A stretch of DNA of 64,000 nucleotides from Malacoraja senta (Eukaryota), in NCBI GenBank assembly GCA_038087875.1, contig CM075999.1, forward strand, positions 2,358,001 through 2,422,000. The letters are read 5' to 3'. This document shows positions 1-12,217 of this stretch, one piece after another; position 1 is the stretch's first letter, and every line of letters starts with the position of its first letter. Made by a program: the position numbers and the translations under genes. The notes under the pieces were generated by a model that saw nothing but the letters and a program-made list of their open reading frames with translations, had not been told where the DNA came from and did not search any database.

Positions 1-1514
1 TGAGTCCGCGCCGACCAGCGAGCAACCCGTACAGGAGCACCATCCTACACACACCAGGGACAATTTACAATTCTTCCTGAAGCCACTTAACCGACAAACC
101 TGTACGTCTTTGGAACGTGGGAGGAAACCGGAGCACCAGGAGGAAACCCACGCAGGTCACGGGGAGAACGTACAAACTCCGTACAGACAACACCCGTAGT
201 CAGGATCGAACCCGGGTCTTTGGCTTCTGCAAAGCAGCAACTCTACCGCTGCGCCACCCAGTCAGAATAGACAATGTTGAATTCTGCCGACCAAAGGGGA
301 CTTTGAAGAAGGGTTTCGACCCGAAACTTTGCCTATTTCCTTCGCTCCATAGATGCTGCCTCACCCGCTGAGTTTCTCCACCATTTTTGGCGACCAAAGG
401 GGACATTTGGGGCGGCACGGTGTCATGGCGGTGTCATTGTAAATTGTCCCTAGTGTGTGTGTGTGTGTGTGTGTAGGATAGTTCCGGTGTGCGGGGATCG
501 CTGGTCGGCACGCACTTGGTGGGCCGAAGGGCCTGTTTCTAAACTAAACTGAACCAGACTAAACCAGGACAAGGGAGAGACAAAATCCGTCACAGTCTGA
601 ATGGCCCAAAAGCTCAGGGAATGAAAGCAGATTCACAGAAATGGAGGCCTCTCAAATTTTTTCACTTGAATAGGGAAACCAGTTGCAAGGAAATGTCCGC
701 CTTCTGCATTTCCAGGCGAGCGAAACACTCACATTCCTGACTGACCAGCTGCAGAAGTCAGATGACACAAGCTGCTTTGTCAACATAAAGTCCTTTGGAG
801 TCTTCCACGGGTACTTCACTAACATGAATGTAGTGCTGGGGAGGTTGGGGAGGAGTGGAATAACTTTAACTGGCTTTAATTTTGCTATAAAGTGTCACAT
901 TGTACAAAGTACAACAACCTCATGTGTGTGAAGCTGCAACAGTCACTCTTGCCCTGTTCAAAAACCGAGTCGTAAATGCTCAGGGTGGGTGGATAATAAT
1001 TAATCTCAGACCGTGACTGGATTCGTACACAGCTCTTGAATTCCACACAGCGGGCACTGTAAAGACTTTGTTTTCGAAAGGAGTCGTGATCTTTCTGCCC
1101 CCTCCTCCCGCTCCCTTCCCCTCCCCCCCACCCCGCCTCCATCCCACAGGCTGCGTGCCGTGCAGGCCTTACTAGATGGCAATTTCCTTTGAGAACTGCT
1201 CTATCAGAAGGCTACAGCGACATCATTCTTCCCCAAGGCCCAGCACAAGAACACACACTGCCCGGGGACAAAGGCATTCTGTGCAGTGACAAATCTCCAT
1301 TGTCAGTCTCCAAACAGGCCGCTACTGTTTCCAATCCTTGTTTTCATCGCCATTCATTCCTCCAATATTCATATCTCCCCTCAATTTTATTTACGAGGCT
1401 GAATGGATTCACTTTGCAAAATTTCACATTCCTGCGCACCACTGACTTTTCTCACTGTGGGAAGTATCTTCTTGGAATTCTCCCCGTCAGTAATACGAGA
1501 CTCCAGACTTTCCA

Positions 1515-2100
1515 GATACAGCGCAGATAACAGGCCCTTCGGCCCACCGAGTCCGTGCCGGCCAGCGATCGCACCGTACACTAGTTCCATCCTTACACAC
1601 ACCAGGGGACAATGTACAATGTTTACCGAAGCCAAATTAACCTGCAAACCTGTACATCTTTGGGATGTGGGAGGAAACCGGAGCACCGGAGTAAACCTGC
1701 ACGGTGGCGCAGCGGTAGAGTTGCTGCCTTACAGTTGCTTGCAGCGCCGGAGACCCGGGTTCGATCCCGACTACGGGCGCTGTCTGTACGGAGTTTGTAC
1801 GTTCTCCCGTGACCTGTGTGGGTTTTCTCCGAGATCTTCGGTTTCCGCCCACACTCCAAAGGCGCGCAGGTTTGTAGGTTAAATGGCTCGGTATAAATGT
1901 AAATTGTCCCTAGTGTGTGTAGGATAGTGTCAGCGGACTCGGTGGGCCGAAGGGCCTGTTTCCGCGCTGTATCTCAGAACTAAACTAAACCAAACTAAAC
2001 AAATGCGGTCACAGGGAGAATGTGCAAACTCCACACAGACAGCACCCGTAGTCGAACCTGGGTCTCTAGTGCTGTAAGGCAGCAACTCTACCGCTGCGCC
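1515..2100. mobile_element. Cluster of HE1-type SINE copies (minus, plus, minus)
   Basis: Minus fragment 1515-1695, plus copy 1699-2000, minus head 2005-2100; probably one SINE inserted into another. Confidence 0.8.
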
Positions 2101-2530
2101 TCTTTCTTTAGAGGGAAATAATTCTGTTGTCCTTTTATGTACAGTTCCAGATGAACCAATGCAGGCACAATAAACTTTCAGCCATAATTTGTCCAAATTA
2201 CTTAATGGAACAAATTAATCAACGTGAACCCCCAACTATTGCTTGTCCCAATGTTCTCTCTGTTTAGGATTTAGAATTTATGAATGTGGCAAAACCGTGT
2301 TGGCCTCAAGCATTAGGTTTATATAAGGGCCTTGATCGGATTTTGCTGGCTTTACCTTGCACTAAACGTTATTCCCTTATCATGTATCTGTACACTGTAA
2401 ATGGCTCGATTGTAATCATGTAATGTCGTTCCGCTGATTGGGTAGCATGCAACAAAAGCTTTTCACTGTACCTCGGTACACGTGACAATAAACTAGACTG
2501 TTTCATAGATGAGGTCTCGGTTTGAGACCT

Positions 2531-2622
2531 CATCCATCCATTCATTCATTCATTCATCCATTCATTCATTCATTCATCCATTCATTCATTCATTCATCCA
2601 TTCATTCATTCATTCATTCATT
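2531..2622. repeat. (TTCA/TCCA)n microsatellite
   Basis: Direct reading of the sequence. Confidence 0.95.
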
Positions 2623-2730
2623 CTTCAAACTGAAAGTTTCAGTCTGAAGAAGGGTCTCGACCTGAAACGTCACCCGTTCCTTCTCTCCAGAGATGCTGCC
2701 TGTCCCGCTGAGTTACTCCAGCATTCTGTA

Positions 2731-3035
2731 TAAGAAGGACCGCAGATGCTGGAAAATCGAAGGTAGACAAAAGTGCTGGAGAAACTCAGCGGGTGCGGCA
2801 GCATCTATGGAGCGAAGGAAATAGGCAACGTTTCGGGCTGAAACCCGGAAGGAAATAGGCAACGTTTCGGGCCGAAACCCGGAAGGAAATAGGCAACGTT
2901 TCGGGCCGAAACCCGGAAGGAAATAGGCAACGTTTCGGGCCGAAACCCTTCCGGGTTTCGGCCCGAAACGTTGCCTATTTCCTTCGCTCCATAGATGCTG
3001 CCGCACCCGCTGAGTTTCTCCAGCACTTTTGTCTC
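2731..3035. repeat. Penelope-derived palindrome with tandemly amplified centre
   Basis: Inverted arms AGACAAAAGTGCTGGAGAAACTCAGCGGGTGCGGCAGCATCTATGGAGCGAAGG; about 4 tandem ~31-bp units GGAAATAGGCAACGTTTCGGGCCGAAACCC at the centre. Confidence 0.8.
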
Positions 3036-3834
3036 CCCCAGCTTTTTGTATCTATCTTTGGGTATAGTAACTGGTATTTCTGTCTCTCTGAGAATGATTT
3101 AAATCATAAACCAGCAGTCTTATTTATTCTAAGGTAGACAAAAATGCTGGAGAAACTCAGCGGGTGAGAAGAAGGGTCTCGACCCAAAACGTCACCCATT
3201 CCTTCGCTCCGTAGACGCTGCCTCACCCCCTGAGTTTCTCCAGCATTTTTGTCTACCTTTGATTTTTCCAGCATCTGCAGTTCTTTCTTAGACATCGTGT
3301 TTATTCTGATATTTTATGGGACAGATTTATCATCTTAAATTACTTTGGATTTTTTTGCCATTTGCAGATTATAGAGACATCAACCAGTTTAGTATTGTAT
3401 ATACCGACTATTTGTGCCTTAACATTTCAGATGATTCGCTGCTGGGTGAATATTTCTGGCAAATTGACTCTCCTTTGAACTTTCTTTTAAGCTGACTTGA
3501 TCGGACTTCAATGTGATATCTTTGCACTAAATGTTGTACCCTTCATCCTTTACCTTTGCACTGCCGGCAGCCTGATTGTAATCATGTATGGTCTCTTTTT
3601 TGACTGGATAGCACGCAACAGAAGCTTTCCACCGTACCTCGGTACACGTGACGATAATAAACCATCAAACAGACAACAAAGTGAAAAATCCATTCAACGA
3701 CCAGGTTTTGCAGGACATTAGTGCTGGGTTTGAAGGACACGCTGACATTTAATAATCCTATAATCCTAAACAGCTCTGGAAATAGCTTCAAAAGGCATCA
3801 AAAGACCCACACCACCCTGGCCACGCTCTCATCT

Positions 3835-4230
3835 CTCGAGGCGGTGAGGCTCGGCGGTGGCGGTGAAGCCTCGCGAGTCGGCGGTCGATGAAGGCATGGC
3901 GGGACCGCCGGGGTGGGGGGGGGGGGGACAATGAATAATGGAGGACCTGGCGCGGGGGGGGGCTGCCGTGAGGGTGGGGGGGACAATGAACAATGGAGGA
4001 CCTGGCGCGGGGGGGGGGGCTGCCATGAGGGAGGGGGGGGGACAATGGAGCACCCAGAACAGGGAATGGGGAGGGGAGGGGGGGGTGGAGTACAAAGGAG
4101 GAGCAGGCGCGGGGGTACTTTGTAACTTTGTCAGCGCCCTTGGTGTGGTGACTATTTGCATACCTTATGTATGCCAGCAAAGAATTTCACTGTGCCTTGT
4201 CACGTGGGACAATAAAGTATCCCATTCCAT
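3835..4230 (+). mobile_element. Unclassified G-rich retroposon-like insertion within a Rex1-type fragment
   Basis: Poly-G repeat units and tail GAATTTCACTGTG...GACAATAAAG. The flanks (CCACACCACCCTGGCCAC... / ...CTGCCAT...GGTAGAGGAGTCTGAAA) are consecutive Rex1 sequence. Confidence 0.55.
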
Positions 4231-4597
4231 TACATCTCGCTGCTGCCATTGTGAAGAAGGTAGAGGAGTCTGAAAACTGTGACCTCCAGGTTCAGGAACA
4301 GCTTCTTCCCAACAGTATTCAGACCCTTGGACACTGCACGACACTCACCTCGACACTACCATGGCAACTGTAATCTTCTATGAATGATTTTTTGTTGAAC
4401 TACACTACTTTGGTTTTGCACGATTATGGTCTGGTTACCAAGTATTGATAATGAATTATGATTTATTTATCGTCGTTGTTGATTATTGTGGGGGATTTTT
4501 GCCTGTTATCGCCTTAATGGGCCAATAAAACGCCGGGAAGTAAGAATAGCATTTGTTCCATGGCCGGCACATGTGACAATTAAATACCCCTGATTCT

Positions 4598-4858
4598 TGG
4601 TAGACTTTTGTGCTGGAGAAACTCAGCGGGTGCAGCAGCATCTATGGAGCGAAGGAAATAGGCAACGTTTCGGCGCGAAACGTTACCTATTTCCTTCCTG
4701 AAGAGTTTTGGCCCGAAACGTTGCCTATTTCCTTCCTGAAGGATTTCGGCCCGAAACGTTGCCTATTTCCTTCGCTCCATAGATGCTGCTGCACCCGCTG
4801 AGTTTCTCCAGCACTTTTGTCTACCTTCGATTTTCCAGCATCTGCAGTTCCTTCTTAA
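4598..4858. repeat. Penelope-derived palindrome with tandem central units
   Basis: Inversion axis at TTTCG-GCG-CGAAA (~4674), then two CCTGAAG...GGCCCGAAACGTTG units. Confidence 0.78.
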
Positions 4859-5747
4859 ATCCCTGATTCTTGAGTCGTTACTGCCTTGGGAGTCGAAAAA
4901 GGTTTCTGGGTGTCTTCCTGAAACTGCAGAAAATATCAGTGCCTTTAGGAGAGAGAGGGGGGGGGGGAGGAGGTTGTGGCGCGGTGGCGCAGCGGTAGAG
5001 TTGCTGCCTCCCAGCGCCAGAGACCCGGGTTCGATCCTGACCACGGGTGCTGCCTGTACGGAGTTTGTACGTCCTGCGTGGGTTTTCCGCGGGTGCTCCG
5101 GATTCCTCCCACACTCCAAAGATGTACAGGTTTGTAGGCTAATTGGCTTCGGTAAAATTGTAAATTGTGTGTAGAAAAGTGCGAGCGTAAGAGGCCGCTG
5201 GTCGGCGTGGACTCGGTGGACCGAAGGGCCTGTTTCTGTGCTGTATCTCTAAACTGAAGTCTAAAGGTGAATAATATTGAGAGGAAAACAATCTTTAATG
5301 TTTCACACAGCACACGCAGATCAAGAAATAGAGTGTCTCCAACATTTTCCCTGTTTATTTGGATTTTCCAGCATTTACGGTATTTTGTTTCATTGTTATC
5401 AACCAGTACAGTGGACCTTGCCCCTGTCTTTGGTCAACCATTTAGTCAATGACGAGAAGCCCGTATTTCCTTTGTGGCAAATAACCAACATCTGTTTCTT
5501 TTTGTGCAGCTTCCTGGCTTTAGCCTCATGTTTGTATCCTGTATAAAATGATTAAACTAAGATGAGTTTACTTGTGTTGCTGTGAGTGCTGCCAAATTAA
5601 ATGTCTGTGGTTTGATTTAGTATGAACAACCAGAGAGGTATGTGTGCGGTTTGGAAAGCAGGTGTTGGAGCCATTAGTCAATAGTTAAAAAACATATTAT
5701 GTTGCGTGTATGGAGAACGATACAACGGTATCACTATAATGGTGCAA

Positions 5748-6185
5748 ATAGACAATAGGGGCAGGAGTAGGCCATTCGGCCCTTCGAGCCAGCTGATCAC
5801 CATGGCTGATCATCCACAATCAGTACCCCGTTCCTGCCTTCTCCCCATATCCCCTGGCTCCGCTATCTTCAAGAGCCCTATCTAGCTCTCTCTTGAAAGT
5901 ATCCAGAGAACCGGCCTCCACCGCCCTCTGAGGCAGAGAATTCCACAGACTCGAAACCCTCTGAGTGAAAAAGTGTTTCCTCGTCTCCGTTCTAAACGGC
6001 TTACCCCTTATTCTTAAACTGTGGCCCCTGGTTCTGGACTCCCCCAACATCGGGAACATACGTTTCCTGCCTCTTCTAGCGTGTCCAAACCCTTAATAAT
6101 CTTACATGTTTCAATAAGATCCCCTCTCATCCTTCTAAATTCCACAGTATACAAGCCCAGCCGCTCCATTCTATCAACAAGTGAC
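5748..6185 (-). mobile_element. CR1 (HER1-like) LINE 3' fragment
   Basis: Encodes MFPMLGESRTRGHSLRIRGKPFRTETRKHFF...LWNSLP. Related tails at ~21030-21395, 24915-25200, 25665-26045, 34620-35350, 36065-36480, 39805-40170, 51748-52075, 53745-54060, 62445-62725, 63700-64000. Confidence 0.88.
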
Positions 6186-9172
6186 AGTCAAAGGATGGCT
6201 ATTTTGCCCAAGCTGGAATAAAAAGGAACGGCAGATACTGGTTAGACGTACACCAAAGGCAGACACAAAATGGTTGTGGTTATGATCAGTACGGGTGTCA
6301 AAGGTTACAGGGGGAAGGCAGGAGAAGATCGATCAGCCATGATTGAATGGTGGCATAAAGTCGATGGACTGAATGGCCTAATTCAGCCCCAATGACTTAT
6401 GAAATTATGAATGCTGGGGTAACTCAGCAGTATGAAGGTTAAATTATCTAATTGTAGGTAGGTAACTGTCACATATACTCCGCTCCCACCTCCCCTCATT
6501 TTCCCCCCTACCTCCACTAAAGGATGGTTCACCAGTTCCACAGCTCACAAGGGCGGTCACGGTGGCACAGCGGTAGAGTTGCTGCCTCACAGTGCCAGAG
6601 ACCCGGGTTCGATCCCGACTACGGGTGCTGTCTGTACAGAGTTTGTATGTTCTCCCCGTGACCTGCGTGGGTTTACTCCGAGATCTCCGGTTTCCTCCCA
6701 CACTCCAAAGACGTACAGGTTTGTAGGTTAATTGGCTTGGTTAATTGGCTTGATAAAAATGTTAAATAGTCCAAGTTGGCGATATGCAGAGTGCAGATAT
6801 GCAGATAGCCCTGCCGACTACAAGGTTCAGAAGGTTATTGTATCCCTCTTGAGATCACACCGGCCCGAGCCAACAATCAGCCTATCAGGGAACCACCCTG
6901 CCTGTGGTCATCTGTAGCTGGTCCTGATTTGTCCTGGTCTTTTCTTGCTTCCCATTCATAAGTTCATAAGATCATAAGTGTTAGGAGTAGAATTAGGCCA
7001 TTCGGCCCATCAAGTGTACTCCACCATTCAATCATGGCTGATTTATCTCTCCCTCCCAACCCCATTCTCCTGCCTTCTCCCCATAACTCCTGACACCTGA
7101 CTCCTTCAAACCCCAATGAACTGTCCGTGTTCTCCAGATTTGCTGCCTGACACACTGACTTACTCCAGCACTTTGTGTCTTTTTGTGTAACCCAGCATCT
7201 GTAGTTCCTTGTATCGACATGAATGGTAACTCATTGGTTTTGCCTTTTATGAGTGGAATGAAGTGCCAGTAAACATCCTGTGCATCACAAAATATTTTTA
7301 TGTTTCCATTTAATTGCCATTTTCACAGCTTGAATTAAATGTATCTCCATGTTTAAAAGCAACAGCTGAGATCATTTGTGCAGGAAGGAACTGCAGATGC
7401 TGGTTTACACCGAAGATAGAAACAAATTGCTGGAGTAACTCAGCGGGTCAGGCAGCATCTATGGAGCGAAGGAATAAGTGACGTTTCGCGTCGAGACCCT
7501 TCTTCAGTCCCATTCGGACAACGTCGTCTCCACCCGAAACGTCACCTATTCCTTCGCTCCATAGATGCTGCCTGACCCGCTGAGTTTCTCCAGCATTTTT
7601 ATCTACCTTTGATTTTTCCAGCATCTGCAGTTCTTTCTTAAATAATTGGTTCTATAGTATTGCAATAGGTTGCAAATTTTCATACAGAAACAAACATGGT
7701 ACGAACTGGCTCTGGCCATGTCGATATTAAGACAAATCATAATTGTGATGTTCTATTTTGTTATACATTATTGTGCCTTTTCCCAATTACATAAAAATGA
7801 ATGAATAATGTTTCTACTGCTGTTAATTTCTGCAGCTTTGAATCAGGTCTGTTGAAGTATAGAGCTTGCTGTGGCTACAATATGAATTGGTTTGGGGGAA
7901 TTAGATTTACAGCTGCGTCACACACATTAAATTCCACTTGTTTCGATGTCCAATGTGACATCCAGATTTATGATGCCAAAGTAGGGGTGTAATAAACATT
8001 TACAGGGTAGAAATATCTCTGAAGAAATCTGCAAAAGCTGCAATTAACAGCAAGATTAGACGCAAGTGGCAAGAGATGAAAGGCAATTAGCGTATTTCAG
8101 TCAAACATTGTACATAACTTTTGTCACTTGCAGCAGAAGTAATTAGTATTCTGCCGCCTCTGTCCAGTGTTGTGGATGCCAAATAATTAACAGCGCTGTA
8201 AATAGAGATGCATGGATCATTGTGCTGTTTAAAACAATGGTTTACTGTACAGGAATATTCTGACTACACCTGTTCTGAGCCCAACAACTGGCGTGATGCT
8301 ACTGAGCAGATTTAGAATGTCACCAGGACTAGAATAGAACATTAGGGCAAGCTTGGGCTCAAGGAGATAAAATAATTTCCAATTTAACAATCCCCGCAGA
8401 AAGAGAAAGTGGAAGAGTTTTAGTTTAGTTTAGTTTAGTTTAGAGATACAGCGCGGAACAGGCCCTTCCATTCATGAGTCCGCGCCGACCGGCGATCCCC
8501 GCACATTATCATTATCCCGCACACACTAGGGACATTTTACATTTATACCACCAAGCCGATTAACCTACAAACGTCTTTGGAGTGTGGGAGGAAACTGGAG
8601 GACCCGGAGAAAACCACACAGGAGAACGTACAACTCCGTACAGACAGCACCCGTAGTCAGGATCGAACCCGGGTCTCTGGCGCTGGAGGCGGCAACTCTA
8701 CCCGCTGGGGTTTTAAACCAGAACGGTGCAGAGACTCTGACATTAAGATGGCGCCCAAGCTTGGTGACTCTCTGCGTGATGGTCGCAGAAGTGGATCTGC
8801 GATCGCTCATTACAAACACTCCACTCTTTTAAACCTCTACTCTACAGCGGACACTTTCAATGGCTCGATTGTAATCATGTATTGTCTTTCCGCAGACTGC
8901 TTGGCACGCAACAAAAGCTTTTCACTGTGCCTTGGTACACGTGACAATAAACTAAACTAAAACTATAAAAACTAGTTGAAGGGTCTTCAATGATAAAATA
9001 AAGTCAATTTGTTAAATTGATCAATTCTGGAGGGTGTGGAGTAATGTTTCAACTATGTTGCCTCAAAAAACTTAAATGCAGCTTATTCACTAAGCAGAAA
9101 AATTGTAATTGGTTAGGACAGATTCTTTTGATCTCTGAACTGATTGTCCTTTTTCTTCTTCCCCCTTGCCAG

Positions 9173-9331
9173 TAATATGGGAGACGGTATTGACTACAGT
9201 CAGCAGAAACGAGAAAATATTGGTGACCTTATCAATGAAACTCTGGAGGTGTTTGAGCGCTTTGGTGGAGAAGATGCCTTCATCACATAAAGTACATGGT
9301 TCCCACATACGAGTCCTGCATATTAAACTAA
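9173..9331 (+). CDS. PACRG: Terminal coding exon of Parkin co-regulated gene protein, with apparent 1-bp deletion near 9285
   Basis: Polypyrimidine tract plus AG acceptor at 9171-9172. Translation [37 protein letters not shown] / [14 protein letters not shown] matches the conserved PACRG C-terminus ([43 protein letters not shown]). Stop TAA at 9329-9331. Upstream exons are not seen in the window. Confidence 0.93.
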
Positions 9332-9351
9332 ACCTCTACAAAAGGCAGGAA

Positions 9352-9357
9352 AATAAA
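9352..9357 (+). terminator. Candidate polyadenylation signal of PACRG
   Basis: AATAAA about 20 nt after the stop codon; an alternative ATTAAA lies near 9617-9622. Confidence 0.4.
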
Positions 9358-9884
9358 GAATTGAAAACTTTACTGGCCACATTTGGACTGCAGTACCTCA
9401 AAATCATCTTCATATATTTCAGAAATTTGAATGCCATTTGAAATAGATCTCTTACAGGAAGTATAAAAGCAAGCCATTATCAGTGGAAAAAAACACACGT
9501 TAGAAAAATGACAGAATTGGATTAACGTTGCATTTGTATTGTTTCATGATTTGATATGTCATCTTTAAAAATCTCTCCAGCCTCTGTAGTACTTTGACAA
9601 TAATTAACATCTATTTCATTAAATAATATTCCATACAAATTAGTTGAGCATTTATGAAAACCCGTCCATATGCACAAATATTAATATTGTCTGCAAACAT
9701 TGAATTGTTTGTTCAATAACAATTATTCATTTGGAATTGGTATTCCCCATTCAGTGTTTTTATGTGAGGATGATTTTTCAGGCCCGGGTGTTGATTTCCA
9801 GAGTTCTGATGATGTTTCACAATGCACGCGTCAAATCAATTGTTCATCGTACACAGGGAATGGAAGACACTTTCAACACCCTAA

Positions 9885-10385
9885 AGGGCCTGTCCCACGG
9901 GCATGCGACCTGCATGCGGCAAGCGCGACCTACCGCAAGCGGGGGCCGCGCGGAGGTCGAGTGATCCCTGTACAGGGCCGGTCCCACAGCATGCGACTGC
10001 CAAACCGGAAGCGGGGGCTGCGCGGAGGAGGAGTGATGTCAAGACGGTGCGTACGGCGGCGAGGCGGTGCGCACGGCCGTTGAGGCGGTGCGCACGGCCT
10101 CGATGCGGCTGCGTCCAGCATCGAGGCGGTGCGCACGGCCGTCGATGCGGCGTGCACGGCCTCGATGCGGCTGCGGGCCGGCAGGCCGTTGCCGCACGGA
10201 ATTTTTGAACAGTGTCAGTTTTTCGGAGCCCCGCGCGATGTCGGGACCAGCTTCGCACAACTCCATACAGCTCCCACGATCGGAGTGGGACCGGCCCCGC
10301 GACTTCCGCGCGGCCCCCGCACAGCCCCCGCTTGCGGTTGGGTCGCGCTTGCTGCATGGAGTCGCATGCCCGTGGGACAGGCCCT
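9885..10385. mobile_element. GC-rich MITE, Harbinger-like
   Basis: Long TIRs AGGGCCTGTCCCACGGGCATGCGAC / GTCGCATGCCCGTGGGACAGGCCCT, flanked by TAA and TTA. Internal repeats of GAGGCGGTGCGCACGGCC; non-coding. Confidence 0.8.
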
Positions 10386-10404
10386 TTAGAAATCGTGCCA
10401 CCAA

Positions 10405-10703
10405 TTTAGTTTGGCTTAGGGATACAGTGTGGAAGCAGGCCCTTCAACCCACCGAGTTCTCGCTGACCAGCAATCATCTCTGCATTAGTTCTATCCTACA
10501 CACTAGGGACAATTTACAGAAGCTAATTAACTACAAACCCGTACCTCTTTGGAGTGTGGAAGGAAACCCTCACACCCGGAGAAAACCCACGCAGGTCACG
10601 GGGAGAACGGACAAACTCCGTACAGACAGCACCCGTAGTCAGGATCGAACCCGGGTCTCTGGCGCTGTGAGGCGGCAACTCTACCGCTGCGCCAACATGC
10701 CGC
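10405..10703 (-). mobile_element. HE1-type V-SINE
   Basis: Reverse complement of the consensus. Further minus copies at ~1-258, 8420-8705, 12925-13105, 49690-50025, 55440-55860, 57500-57805, 61740-62033. Confidence 0.85.
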
Positions 10704-10916
10704 CCATAATTAACAGCTTTTTGCTGTACACAACAGCCCAAAGCAAGCTCACACAAGCAGCTATGTGATAATACCTGGATAAAGCTTTACTGATGATGTT
10801 TGAGAGATAATATTGGCCACGACACCACGGATAATTCCTTCACCTTTCTTCGAAAACAAAGCCATGGGATCTTTCACATCAAAGATCGACACAGGTGACA
10901 AAGATCGATAAGGACA

Positions 10917-11212
10917 GCACGGTGGCGCAGCAATAGAGTTGCTGCCTCACAGCACAGAAACCTGGGTTCGATCCTGTCTACGGGTGTTGTTTGTACGGAG
11001 TTTATGCATTCTTCCTGTGACTGCGTGGGATTTCTCCGGGTGCTCCGGTTTCCTCCCACACTCCAAAGACGTACAGATTTGTAGGTTATTTGGCTTTGGT
11101 AAAATTGTAAATTGTCCCTAGTGTGTAGGATGGTGTTAGCGTACAGGATTGCTGGTCGGCGTGGACTCGTTGGGCCGAAGGGCTATTTCCGTGCTGTATC
11201 TCTAAACTAACA
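10917..11212 (+). mobile_element. HE1-type V-SINE
   Basis: Same head/core/tail organisation as 17567-17887. Confidence 0.85.
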
Positions 11213-11904
11213 ACTAATCTAAACAGATTAAAACAGATTAATGATTACAATTAATTTTCTGTTCGCAATGAAGAACTTGCTCCAGTTTGATCCATTTGTC
11301 CTGTGTTGCTTCAATGGGCAACATCCATGGTGCAGTGCCCATTGGTATTCAATAAGTAACTTGCTGTCTAGACCCAGACATTAGTTAAAGAGTAGAAACA
11401 AGGAATTGCAGATGCTGGTTAATATGCAAAAGGACACAAATTGCTGGTGTGCTACAGCGGGCCAGGCAACATCTCTGGAGAACATAGCTGGTGACCTTCA
11501 GGTTGGGATCCTTCAGACTCATATTCCTTTCAAGATACAACTTCTGAGGAAGGGTCTCGACCCGAAGGTCTGGAGTAACTCAGCGGGTTAGGCAGCATCT
11601 CTGGAGAAGATGGATAGGTAACGTTTCGGGTTGAGACCCTTCTTCACTCGAAACATCACCTATCCATGTTATCCAGAGATGCTGCCTGATCCGCTGAGTT
11701 ACTCCAGCACTTTGTGCCTATCCTAGGTCAGGCAGCATATCAGGAGAACATAGAGAGGTGATATTTCGGGTGAAGAAGGGTCTCAACCTGCGACGTTACC
11801 TATCCATCTTCTTCAAAGATGCTGCCTAAACCCGCTGAGTTACTGCAGTACTTTGTGTCCTTGGTTGATGTGTGTGGGAATGTGGAGACACAAGAGACAA
11901 ATCA

Positions 11905-12217
11905 GGCACGGTGGCGCAGCGGTAGAGTTACTGCCTCACAGTGCCAGACACCCAGGTTCATCCAGACCACGGTTGCTGCCTGTACGGAGTTTGTACGTTC
12001 TCCCCGGGACTTGCGTAGGTTTTCTCCAAGATCATCGGTTTTCCTCCCACACTCCCGAGACCTACAAGTTTGTAGGCTGATTGGCTTGGTGTAAATGTAA
12101 ATTGTCATTAGTGTGTGTAGGATAGTGTAAGTGTGCGGGGATCGCTGGTCGGCCCGGACTGGGTGGGCCGAAGGGCCTATTTCCGCGCTGTATCTCTAAA
12201 CTAAGCTAAACTAAACT
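11905..12217 (+). mobile_element. HE1-type V-SINE
   Basis: Same organisation with (CTAAA)n tail. Confidence 0.85.

Noticed and set aside
2810..2950. ~31-bp palindromic direct repeats resembling a CRISPR array
   Set aside because: Units are contiguous with no spacers and derive from the Penelope-like repeat.
9090..9441. Track ORFs 9090-9308 (-) and 9166-9441 (+)
   Set aside because: Wrong strand or frame; the real reading is the PACRG exon, which the ORF track misses because of splicing and the frameshift.
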